DNA from: an uncultured virus (IMG/VR IMGVR_UViG_3300025916_000011)
Lineage: Duplodnaviria; Heunggongvirae; Uroviricota; Caudoviricetes
Virus record (IMG/VR): IMGVR_UViG_3300025916_000011
Direction: 5' to 3' (one strand)
Length of the DNA stretch: 20,000 nucleotides
Made by a program: the position numbers and the translations under genes. The first letter of the stretch is position 1. Each line of letters begins with the position of its first letter. The notes beneath the pieces are model-generated. The model was given only the letters and a program-made list of their open reading frames with translations. It searched no databases and was not told the origin of the DNA. Positions 8,534-15,375 of this stretch are shown here, piece after piece.

Positions 8534-8538
8534 AATTT

Positions 8539-9657
8539 TCACTGCACCAGCATGTTCCCAACTGCGGTTGCTGCTGAACGCGCGTCTGCGCTGACGCTGT
8601 GTGTGTAATGGACCATGGTTATTTTTGTTCCGGGCGCGTGACCCAAGCGCTCCTGCCGCACCTTCATGGGGACGCCCGCCTGGTCCATGAGTGTAGCAGA
8701 GCAGTGCCGAAATGCCTTCAATCCCTTCGAGGAAATTCCGAGGGCATCGCAGATCGGTGCCAAGCTATCCCGTCGGACGCTACAGGGATGAAGTGGCCCA
8801 CCGCGGGGTGAGACAAAGATCAGCCCAATGGGATTCGGGCGCCACGTCTGCAGGAATGCGTACAGGTGCTCGGCAAGTTCTTCAGAGATGGCGATCGAGC
8901 GGATAGCGTTCGTGGTTTTGGGCGTGGTGAAGATCGTCCGCCAGACACTTCTCTTGACATGGATGAGGCGCTTTTCGAGATCCAGATCGCTCACAAAGAA
9001 CGCGCACAACTCGCCTGGGCGAACTCCGGTCTCGGCCGCAAGCCAGTAGAGAGTTTTGTATTGACCCTCGGCGGCCGCAATGATGCTCTTGGCCTCGGCT
9101 GCGGTGTAGAAGAACGGCGACGTCGGACCTGACGAGGGGAACTTTAGCCGGTTGAACGGATCGTGGCTCACGTACTCGTCCGCCATGGCTGACTTCCAGA
9201 CCATCTGCAGAGTGAGTACTAGGTTGTGCCGAGTCTTGGGGGACTTGCGAGATTGCCGAATGAACTCTTGGATCGTTCGCCAGTGAATGTCTCGCAGCTG
9301 CATCTTGCCGAAGTAGGGAATCAGGTGGCACTTCAGTTGACTGTTCACGGAGTACTGCGTCGAGGGCTTGTGGCTCGGGAGTACGTTCTTTTTCCAGAAG
9401 TCCACGAACTGGGCGAACGTCTCTTCGCGCCTCGCACGGTACGACGGGTCATTGATCGGCGCCAGACGGGACTCAAGTTCTCGCAGCGCCAGCTTCATTG
9501 TTGGGAAAGACTTTTTCGAGCCGAGCACTTCGTTCTTGCGGACCCTGCGAACTTGACCGGCTGCGTCAATCACATCTTCCCGCCATCGTCCCACCCAGAC
9601 AGGCTGCCGCTTCCCGCGGAGCACTACGCTTCCACGCTGATACCTTCTTCTCGCCAT
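8539..9657 (-). CDS. int: Tyrosine recombinase / phage integrase (372 aa from MARRRYQ; alternative start 9741)
   Basis: Arm-binding N-terminus (MARRRYQRGSV...WVGRWRED), SAM-like domain, catalytic TGVRPGEL, PKT, KAFRH, LGH, HYTH; SD AAGGAG 9 nt before ATG 9657. Confidence 0.95.
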   Translation of the reverse strand: MARRRYQRGSVVLRGKRQPVWVGRWREDVIDAAGQVRRVRKNEVLGSKKSFPTMKLALRELESRLAPINDPSYRARREETFAQFVDFWKKNVLPSHKPSTQYSVNSQLKCHLIPYFGKMQLRDIHWRTIQEFIRQSRKSPKTRHNLVLTLQMVWKSAMADEYVSHDPFNRLKFPSSGPTSPFFYTAAEAKSIIAAAEGQYKTLYWLAAETGVRPGELCAFFVSDLDLEKRLIHVKRSVWRTIFTTPKTTNAIRSIAISEELAEHLYAFLQTWRPNPIGLIFVSPRGGPLHPCSVRRDSLAPICDALGISSKGLKAFRHCSATLMDQAGVPMKVRQERLGHAPGTKITMVHYTHSVSADARSAATAVGNMLVQ

Positions 9658-9800
9658 CTGTTCCATCTCCTTTGGAGACGGGACAGGATTGTTCGCCGGC
9701 AAGGAATCTTTCAGAGTCTCGAGTTGGGCGTCAACGGTCATGGCGTAGAAGTGGTTACCCTGGATATCTCCCTCTATTCCTGAACAGAATCACGTTCTAT

Positions 9801-9850
9801 ATTCTACGAAGCGCGTCTCCGTACATTGAGCAGTACGGGTCCCTACCCTC
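9801..9850 (-). repeat. ~48-bp junction element, copy A
   Basis: GAGGGTAGGGACCCG TACTGCTCAATGTACGGAGACGCG CTTCGTAGAAT; shares 15 nt with copy B and 11 nt with copy C. Confidence 0.75.
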
Positions 9851-10127
9851 CGACTTTGCGGACGTGGCCGGGGTGATGCTCCCAAGGGTCCCAGCCGAAT
9901 GCGTCCGCGAAGTGATTCTCCATTTTCTCGATCAGTTCCGGCAGTGATGACTTCAACTGCCTGACATGAAACTCGGCAGGCATCGGCAGCAGAAGCGCAT
10001 GAGCTAAATTGTCGAGCGAGTCTATGTCCTGACCAAGCGCATCCTCTTGGCTTTCGGTAATCTGCTCTGGTTCTGCAACCTGAGTTGCTCCGTGAGTTCC
10101 TCGCGCCGGAATTTTGCGATCCGCCAT
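9843..10127 (-). CDS. Hypothetical protein, 5' end uncertain or chimeric
   Basis: C-terminal ~70 aa look protein-like (DIDSLDNLAHALLLPMPAEFHV...WDPW); first third overlaps the upstream gene by about 105 nt; TAG stop lies inside element A. Confidence 0.5.
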   Translation of the reverse strand: MADRKIPARGTHGATQVAEPEQITESQEDALGQDIDSLDNLAHALLLPMPAEFHVRQLKSSLPELIEKMENHFADAFGWDPWEHHPGHVRKVGG

Positions 10128-10297
10128 ACTGTGAAGTCGTGCATGTCTTTTCTGTGGCCTAACTCTTCTTCGGCCTCACGCTTGGTAAGCCGCGCACTCA
10201 TCCATAGCGTGTACCAGATGACGCAGTGCTTGTAGCTGCCTTCAGGCACATAGAGGAACTTTTTCGCACGCCGCACAATCTTTTTCGATCCGCTCAT
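10022..10297 (-). CDS. Hypothetical protein (91 aa)
   Basis: ATG 10297 overlaps upstream stop (ATGA) with GGAG SD in the 28-bp junction repeat. Confidence 0.6.
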   Translation of the reverse strand: MSGSKKIVRRAKKFLYVPEGSYKHCVIWYTLWMSARLTKREAEEELGHRKDMHDFTVWRIAKFRREELTEQLRLQNQSRLPKAKRMRLVRT

Positions 10298-10521
10298 TTC
10301 TGCGCTCCGTCCTCCACCCCACTTGTTTGCACATATCCAGTCGCCAATTGTGCAGCGTGTGTATCGCAAAGGTTAACCGCGCCCAATTCTTTGCCCGTCA
10401 CGTAGCTAAACGCCAAGAACACTCCCACGGCTTTCTCTGGGCAGCGGCTTACTCCGCAAATATCGTCCAGCGGAAGCCCGTCTTGGATGAAGTACATTGC
10501 GCGTTTATTCGGATCAGCCAT
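10294..10521 (-). CDS. Small putative Zn-binding protein (75 aa)
   Basis: SD AAGGAG; MADPNKRAM...; C-x4-C and CxxH motifs. Confidence 0.7.
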   Translation of the reverse strand: MADPNKRAMYFIQDGLPLDDICGVSRCPEKAVGVFLAFSYVTGKELGAVNLCDTHAAQLATGYVQTSGVEDGAQK

Positions 10522-10546
10522 CACTCTTTCTCCTTTTTCCTTTTCA

Positions 10547-10593
10547 TCTACGTGTCCCTCTCGTTGGTGAGACTCTACCGGGTCCCTACCCTC
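10547..10593 (-). repeat. ~48-bp junction element, copy B
   Basis: GAGGGTAGGGACC-CGGTAGAGT-CTCACCAA-CGAGAGGGACAC-GTAGA, beginning at the upstream TGA. Confidence 0.8.
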
Positions 10594-10759
10594 AATCGTC
10601 ACAGTACAAGTCGAGTGTGTTTTTCTCTGGGTCAATGACCGATCCTGTGACGCTTTCCCATGCCATTGAGTCAGGGTCGAAGATGCGGACCACGGTGTCT
10701 GGTGACGAGCCGTGGTCCAGCAGGTTTTGCAAGTGCGCAATTAGGCTTGCAATGCTCAT
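10592..10759 (-). CDS. Small acidic hypothetical protein (55 aa; not in ORF track)
   Basis: MSIASLIAHLQNLLDHGSSPDTVVRIFDPDSMAWESVTGSVIDPEKNTLDLYCDD*; ATGA overlap with the Tad1-like gene stop. Confidence 0.75.
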   Translation of the reverse strand: MSIASLIAHLQNLLDHGSSPDTVVRIFDPDSMAWESVTGSVIDPEKNTLDLYCDD

Positions 10760-11049
10760 GCTGCGTTCGTTCCCTCGACCTTACGCGCCTCGCGGTCCAT
10801 CTTGCGCTTTAGCGACCAGAGAATAGCCTCGTCAAGTTTAGTGATGATGATGGAATTCTCGCGGCACGGAAACGCCTTGTTGAATCCCTCGATTTTTTCC
10901 TTGGCCCATGCGATTACATCGTCAATCTGGCAGCCGTTCTCCCCGAACTCCTTGATCGGCCCGGACTGAATCTGAAAGCTGACGGTTGAGATTTGCCCAT
11001 GCACTTGCGGCCAACCCGACTCTGCAATAAATTTGTTTTCCTTCAACAC
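10756..11049 (-). CDS. tad1: Tad1/Acb2-family anti-defence cyclic-nucleotide sponge protein
   Basis: FQIQSGPIKEFGENGCQIDDVI...FPCRENSIIITKLDEAILWSLKRKMDREARKVEGT matches the Tad1 signature FQxGPxKExGxNG...FxCRENxxAxTKLEEAxxWxxxRxxDRxxRxVEGT; SD GGAGG. Confidence 0.85.
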   Translation of the reverse strand: MLKENKFIAESGWPQVHGQISTVSFQIQSGPIKEFGENGCQIDDVIAWAKEKIEGFNKAFPCRENSIIITKLDEAILWSLKRKMDREARKVEGTNAA

Positions 11050-11069
11050 TTACCACCTTCCTCCCTGAT

Positions 11070-11119
11070 GAGGGGCAGGGACCCCGAATGGACTCACCAA
11101 CATCTCTACTTCGTAGAAT
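11070..11119 (+). repeat. ~48-bp junction element, copy C (inverted)
   Basis: GAGGGGCAGGGACC-CCGAATGGA-CTCACCAA-CATCTCTACTTC-GTAGAAT on the + strand. Confidence 0.8.
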
Positions 11120-11156
11120 CAAAGGGCACAAAGAAGAAACAAAAGTAAAGTTCGCG

Positions 11157-11768
11157 TCATTCCTTCTCCTTGAGTTGCTCCGTGAGTTCCTGGATGCGCT
11201 TCTCGGCCTTGTAAAACGATTCCTCTGCGGATTCTTTTAGGGCTTGGAGCAGATCGCGCTCGTTTTGCAGTTCTGCATTCTTCCTCTCTAGCTCGGCAAG
11301 TTGAGAACGCGCATAGGCTTCGGCAAACGATAGTGCGGCATCAAAGTATCTGACTCCGATTGCTCCAAGAGTCGCGTGCCATTCCTTGCGATTGTTGCCG
11401 TAGAATTGATCCGCGCTCTGCGTCACGCTAGAGACTCCCGCAGGCCAAGGTCCATAAACACAGTTACTCATCTGTAAGCATTTCCCGCGCGGCCCCTTGT
11501 GAACGATGCAGTAAATTTCCTCCGGTGCGGCTGGCGTGGTCGAGGACTCCCCTGCACTCCCCGCGTGCAAAGGATCAATGCACTGTCCTGTCGCCAAAGG
11601 TCCGTATTTCGCACACGTTGGGCAGGTCGGTGCTGGCTTCGCCTCTACTCCAGAGTGCCAAGGATGCGAATTGGGTTCGGTATCGTTACCTCCGAGGCAG
11701 GCTTGAAGCAGCACATTCCTTTTGTCACTGCCACATTTCGGGCATCTGCTCTGTTCGCTGCTCATCAC
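11157..11768 (-). CDS. Mosaic Cys/His-rich hypothetical protein with C-terminal coiled coil
   Basis: 203 aa; CPKC...HPWH, CPTC...CIDPLH and CIVH...C modules; coupled by stop/start overlap. Confidence 0.75.
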   Translation of the reverse strand: MMSSEQSRCPKCGSDKRNVLLQACLGGNDTEPNSHPWHSGVEAKPAPTCPTCAKYGPLATGQCIDPLHAGSAGESSTTPAAPEEIYCIVHKGPRGKCLQMSNCVYGPWPAGVSSVTQSADQFYGNNRKEWHATLGAIGVRYFDAALSFAEAYARSQLAELERKNAELQNERDLLQALKESAEESFYKAEKRIQELTEQLKEKE

Positions 11769-11995
11769 TTACCTCGCGCCCTGATTGCATAAAGATTTTT
11801 CCACTTTTTCACTTGATTGCTGGCGCGGCTCAATTGTTTCTCGGCAGCAACCAATTTCCGTTCAGCCCTTATCAGGATGTATTCTGTGGCTTGCAGTTCG
11901 GTTGGGAAATGTATGGCTGTCGGACGAACGCGCCCTGCCGAAACACGCTTAATCGAATTCAGATAATCATCTACAACATATCTCGTCTCGCTCAT
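11765..11995 (-). CDS. Hypothetical protein (76 aa)
   Basis: GGAG SD plus ATG in the 28-bp junction repeat; C-terminal coiled coil. Confidence 0.7.
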   Translation of the reverse strand: MSETRYVVDDYLNSIKRVSAGRVRPTAIHFPTELQATEYILIRAERKLVAAEKQLSRASNQVKKWKNLYAIRARGK

Positions 11996-12022
11996 TTCTG
12001 CGCTCCGTCCTCCACCTTATTG

Positions 12023-12070
12023 TCTACACGTACCCTCTACTTGGTGAGAGGCTTCGAGGTACCTGCCTAC
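12023..12070 (-). repeat. ~48-bp junction element, copy D
   Basis: GTAGGCAGGTACC-TCGAAGCCT-CTCACCAA-GTAGAGGGTACGT-GTAGA, beginning at the TAG of the C5-MTase relic. Confidence 0.75.
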
Positions 12071-12207
12071 TTGCTTGCTTGCTCATGGTCAGATTCACCG
12101 ACAGCCTGCACTATTCGCCGTCCGATCCACTCGGCTATTTGGGGCACGATTGCATTGCCGTAGTGCTTCACCATGTTTCTGACCATCGCGACGGAAATCC
12201 CATCACA
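12067..12207 (-). pseudogene. C-terminal relic of a C5-cytosine DNA methyltransferase (motif IX-X region)
   Basis: CDGISVAMVRNMVKHYGNAIVPQIAEWIGRRIVQAVGESDHEQASK*; GNAIVPQIAEWIG is the motif X signature; in frame right after the amino-MTase TAG. Confidence 0.75.
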
Positions 12208-12924
12208 CTAGAATTGCAATACTTCCTGGCTCAGACGCTTGGCCGCGATCTCGCAGTACTTCTCCTCGATCTCTATGCCGATTGCCGCGTAGCCGAGAGA
12301 TTTAGCCGCGAGTAGCGTCGTGCCACTTCCCATGAACGGGTCAACGATTGGCGCGACACACTCGTCCTTAAATTGCCGAATTAACTGCTTGCAAAGATGC
12401 AGCGGCTTTTCTGCAGGGTGCTGGCCATGGACTACCGGGAAATCCCATACCGCACGAGCCCCGCCACCGTTCCATGCCAGCGCGATATCGCCTGCTGGGT
12501 AGTGTTTGTGCATGATGGCGATGGCTTCCCATCCGGTCGCTGGCCGGTCACCAGTAAATTGCGGAGCGCCATTAGGTTTCACCCACACTCCGAAGCGAAT
12601 GAACCGCATGAACTCTGGAGGAGAACTTTCTAACTCAACCATATATCGCCAATCCATGAAGCTAATCATCCAACGACGTAGCCGAATCGCGGCCACGCCT
12701 AGCGCCGCTTTTATTTCCTCAATAGTCATCGGCGCGAAGTCGATCAGAACGTTGTCCATAGAATTTTCGGCGGATTTGCGAGTGCGCGCTCCAGTATGAG
12801 TAGCCGGAGAATATGGCGGGTCAGTCAGAATTAACCCGAACCAACTCGCTGGAATCTGCGGCAACACTTCTCGGCAGTCTCCGTGGTAGATGGTTATGCC
12901 TGCGTGCTCGTAGTAAGGCTTCAA
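12208..12924 (-). CDS. Orphan N6-adenine/N4-cytosine DNA methyltransferase (beta class)
   Basis: IYHGDCREVL, DPPY before DPFMGSGTT, HPAEKP, GIEIEEKYCEIAAKRL; TTG start at 12924 after AAGGAG, overlapping the upstream TGA. Confidence 0.92.
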   Translation of the reverse strand: MKPYYEHAGITIYHGDCREVLPQIPASWFGLILTDPPYSPATHTGARTRKSAENSMDNVLIDFAPMTIEEIKAALGVAAIRLRRWMISFMDWRYMVELESSPPEFMRFIRFGVWVKPNGAPQFTGDRPATGWEAIAIMHKHYPAGDIALAWNGGGARAVWDFPVVHGQHPAEKPLHLCKQLIRQFKDECVAPIVDPFMGSGTTLLAAKSLGYAAIGIEIEEKYCEIAAKRLSQEVLQF

Positions 12925-13109
12925 CTTCGCTCCTTGGTGGCTGGCTGCGTCTGCCCCTCTTGCTGGGATTTCCACCTTTGCAGAATTGGCCTAATCATGG
13001 CAGCGAGTGCAGAAATCGCACTTTGGTTCGAATCGAACAACTCTTCCGCGATGAACTGTGCCAAGTCTTTTTCGTCACCGTAGACTTCGATTTCGTCTCT
13101 ATATGGCAC
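12921..13109 (-). CDS. Hypothetical protein (62 aa)
   Basis: GTG start after AAGGA; coupled to the MTase start. Confidence 0.6.
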   Translation of the reverse strand: MPYRDEIEVYGDEKDLAQFIAEELFDSNQSAISALAAMIRPILQRWKSQQEGQTQPATKERS

Positions 13110-13113
13110 GTAT

Positions 13114-13743
13114 TTATCCTTTCGCGGAGGCCTGTTCTTGCGTCAATTCGCAGGGGCAATTACCCCCTGCTCCTTCGCAACCAATTTTCGGCCCGTGATG
13201 CGCAGAGGTCAGACAGTGACATTCGGGGCATTCCTTTATCGGTGGCTGCGTCTGCCCCGCCCCCTCCAGAACACGCGCTGCCTCTCTATCCTGCACGTGC
13301 AACGCTGCTATAGTCGCCTCCAGATTCTCGATGATCGTAGTCGTGGCGCAAGTCGCCAGATATGCCGATAGCCCGATGAAATGGTCGCGAGCCTTACGCA
13401 GCGCCTTCTCCAGTTCCTCTACGCGCGTGGGCGGTGTTGTTGGGGCCACAGTAGCCTCTCCCGCCGCCAATTTTTCTGCCCAGATGTCGCCCCACAAATC
13501 CATTAGTCCGCGAATCTTGTGATCTTTCCCGGATACTTCGCGGCACAAGTCGCAGGTATAGAAGTCGCCACACTTGCATTCGTTCTCGCGCAACTCCAAC
13601 TCTGCTACCTGTTCTCGCAAGGTCATGTACTCGGCCAATCCGCGCGTGGCATTGTCGATTTCCTTGCAGCAGCACTGCGCGAAAGGCTCATTGCACTCGT
13701 TACAGTTGGGGAAAATTCGCTTAATCTCAGGCTTCGCTTCCAT
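13114..13743 (-). CDS. Mosaic Cys-rich hypothetical protein (209 aa)
   Basis: SD GGAGGAG; CNEC...CCC, CKC...CDLC and CPEC...C clusters plus coiled-coil RVEELEKALRKAR. Confidence 0.75.
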   Translation of the reverse strand: MEAKPEIKRIFPNCNECNEPFAQCCCKEIDNATRGLAEYMTLREQVAELELRENECKCGDFYTCDLCREVSGKDHKIRGLMDLWGDIWAEKLAAGEATVAPTTPPTRVEELEKALRKARDHFIGLSAYLATCATTTIIENLEATIAALHVQDREAARVLEGAGQTQPPIKECPECHCLTSAHHGPKIGCEGAGGNCPCELTQEQASAKG

Positions 13744-13746
13744 GAT

Positions 13747-13953
13747 TTACTCCTCCACTAAGACCTTTGGACAGCGTTCACATTCGGCCTTCATACGTTG
13801 TGGCTTGCGAACAGCCGTGACCCATACTTCGTGCCCACAAGAAAGCGTCAGACACCAGCGACGTGCATTCATTGGGGACTGATCAACTCGCTGAACCGTC
13901 ATCACCTGCAATTTGTGCGTTGGGGATACAGTAGAAACCTGCTCTTTCCTCAT
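13747..13953 (-). CDS. Small Zn-ribbon protein (68 aa)
   Basis: MRKEQVST...LTLSCGH...CERC; ATGA overlap at 13950-13953. Confidence 0.7.
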   Translation of the reverse strand: MRKEQVSTVSPTHKLQVMTVQRVDQSPMNARRWCLTLSCGHEVWVTAVRKPQRMKAECERCPKVLVEE

Positions 13954-14684
13954 TTCGCCACACTTTCTTGACTCTTGAAGGCTTCCTCTACCATTGCGTT
14001 GAATTGATCCCGAGCCGCATCCCAAGCCGCAGCCCAAGCCGCATCCCGAGCCGCATCCCGAGCCGCAGCCCGAGCCGCATCCCAAGCCGCATCCCGAGCC
14101 GCATCCCGAGCCGCAGCCCGAGCCGCATCCCAAGCCGCAGCCCAAGCCGCATCCCGAGCCGCATCCCAAGCCGCATCCCAAGCCGCAGCCCAAGCCGCAT
14201 CCCAAGCCGCAGCCCAAGCCGCATCCCAAGCCGCATCCCAAGCCGCATCCCGAGCCGCATCCCGAGCCGCAGCCCGAGCCGCATCCCTCTTACTTTCGTC
14301 GCCTGTTTCTAAATATTCTTTAGTGATCGCGGGACAGTTCCACAGATGAATGACGCTGAGGGCCTGCTTTCGCGCGAATAGGCGCAAGAGTGCAGTCGCG
14401 TCAATGGTGGCAACGATCTTCCGCCGACGCGCGACAACTTTGTCCGATTGCGTCTCTACGATCCCTTCAAGCTCCACCTGATGCAATATTTCGCCCGGAG
14501 CATATCGCAGCGCATCGAAAGGCGTCTCGCTGGCATGGAGGCCGGATTCGCACATGATTACTTCTCCGTCATGCGTCAGCCATTCGCCAATCTTGGGCAA
14601 CTCTCGGCAATCGCGCAGCTTTGAGCCGGTGAAGTGGTAATAAATCTTGCTCGGAGTAGAAACCTGCTCTTTCGGTTGGGTCAT
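13950..14684 (-). CDS. DUF7666-like phage protein with (R/W)(D/A)AA tandem repeats
   Basis: [19 protein letters not shown]...[11 protein letters not shown] domain followed by 23 tetrapeptide repeats. Confidence 0.85.
   Translation of the reverse strand: MTQPKEQVSTPSKIYYHFTGSKLRDCRELPKIGEWLTHDGEVIMCESGLHASETPFDALRYAPGEILHQVELEGIVETQSDKVVARRRKIVATIDATALLRLFARKQALSVIHLWNCPAITKEYLETGDESKRDAARAAARDAARDAAWDAAWDAAWAAAWDAAWAAAWDAAWDAARDAAWAAAWDAARAAARDAARDAAWDAARAAARDAARDAAWAAAWDAARDQFNAMVEEAFKSQESVAK
14007..14287. repeat. 12-bp coding tandem repeat, about 23 units
   Basis: Unit A(T/G)CCC(G/A)AGCCGC on the + strand with only two variable positions. Confidence 0.97.
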
Positions 14685-14959
14685 GATTTAACCTCTCGCT
14701 TTCGCTCCTCGATGCGCTTCAGTAGAACGCCCGCAATCTCTTCGTCGCTGGATTCGCGATATGGGTTCGGATCTGCGGCCGAGCGCACGATATCGAATGC
14801 ATCCTTCACCCACTGCTCGGCAGCTTTGTACCCTTTCATAATCGACTCTTTGCTACTCAGAAATTCGAGGCCGGCTGCCAGCCCCGCGCCGTCGGGAATA
14901 GCGGCATGGCTCATCTTCTGAATTAGCAACCGTTTGACGTTTGGCCCAATTTTTGTCAT
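14681..14959 (-). CDS. Hypothetical protein (92 aa)
   Basis: MTKIGPNVKRLL...; ATGA overlaps at both ends. Confidence 0.75.
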   Translation of the reverse strand: MTKIGPNVKRLLIQKMSHAAIPDGAGLAAGLEFLSSKESIMKGYKAAEQWVKDAFDIVRSAADPNPYRESSDEEIAGVLLKRIEERKREVKS

Positions 14960-15375
14960 AGGCAGTGTTCTGGCTTCCACCTGTTTGCGATGTAGTCCTG
15001 AATGTCCAAGGATCCGCACTCGCGATTCGCCCTGGCATGCAAAAGAGTTAGGTTGCTTAGCCTGGAGTCGTGAAACGCCCCTCCAAGTCCCTTCGCTTGC
15101 CGGTGGGCCAACTCGACGTCCCTATAATCCTGAAATCCTTCCCCACAGGCCTGACATTTTACCCCTTGCCGTAGAATCTGGTCCTTCCGCCGTCTGAGTT
15201 CCGCGGTAGAGCACTTCTCCCGGCCATCCGGAGCCCGCCACAGCCCCGAACGGACGAATTGCCATATTCCATGACCCTGCTTTCTAACCTTCGTCCTATC
15301 GGTCTTAGAACGTCCGCAACACACTTTGCTTCCTCGGTGGAGCGGGCAGGGCTGATTGGCCTTCAGTTTCGGCAT
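14956..15375 (-). CDS. HNH-type endonuclease / Zn-binding protein
   Basis: CQACG...VELAHRQAKGLGG...SNLTLLHARANRECG; N-terminal CPLH...CCGR; start probably ATG 15375 (15405 possible). Confidence 0.75.
   Translation of the reverse strand: MPKLKANQPCPLHRGSKVCCGRSKTDRTKVRKQGHGIWQFVRSGLWRAPDGREKCSTAELRRRKDQILRQGVKCQACGEGFQDYRDVELAHRQAKGLGGAFHDSRLSNLTLLHARANRECGSLDIQDYIANRWKPEHCL

Noticed and set aside
8225..8538. tRNA/tmRNA fragment at the att site
   Set aside because: No T-loop (GTTCRANYC) or acceptor-stem/CCA pattern found on either strand.
9226..9947. Long + strand ORFs opposite the integrase, and similar + strand ORFs through 10-19 kb
   Set aside because: Antisense shadows of GC-rich genes with no motifs or SD support.
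9801..12070. 48-bp elements as integron attC sites or TIGR/CRISPR-type guide arrays
   Set aside because: No RYYYAAC/GTTRRRY ends or full-length dyad symmetry; copies are dispersed rather than tandem, and no cognate effector gene is visible in the window.
12208..12210. TAG reassignment or alternative genetic code
   Set aside because: Other genes end normally at TAG (15616, 18383), SQEVLQF is a natural C-terminus for this MTase family, and long genes have no internal TAG.
13747..14312. Alternative-frame ORFs (GCGL, SRIP, MRLG repeats)
   Set aside because: Artefacts of a stop-free 12-bp repeat; only the AAWD/AARD frame joins a real domain.
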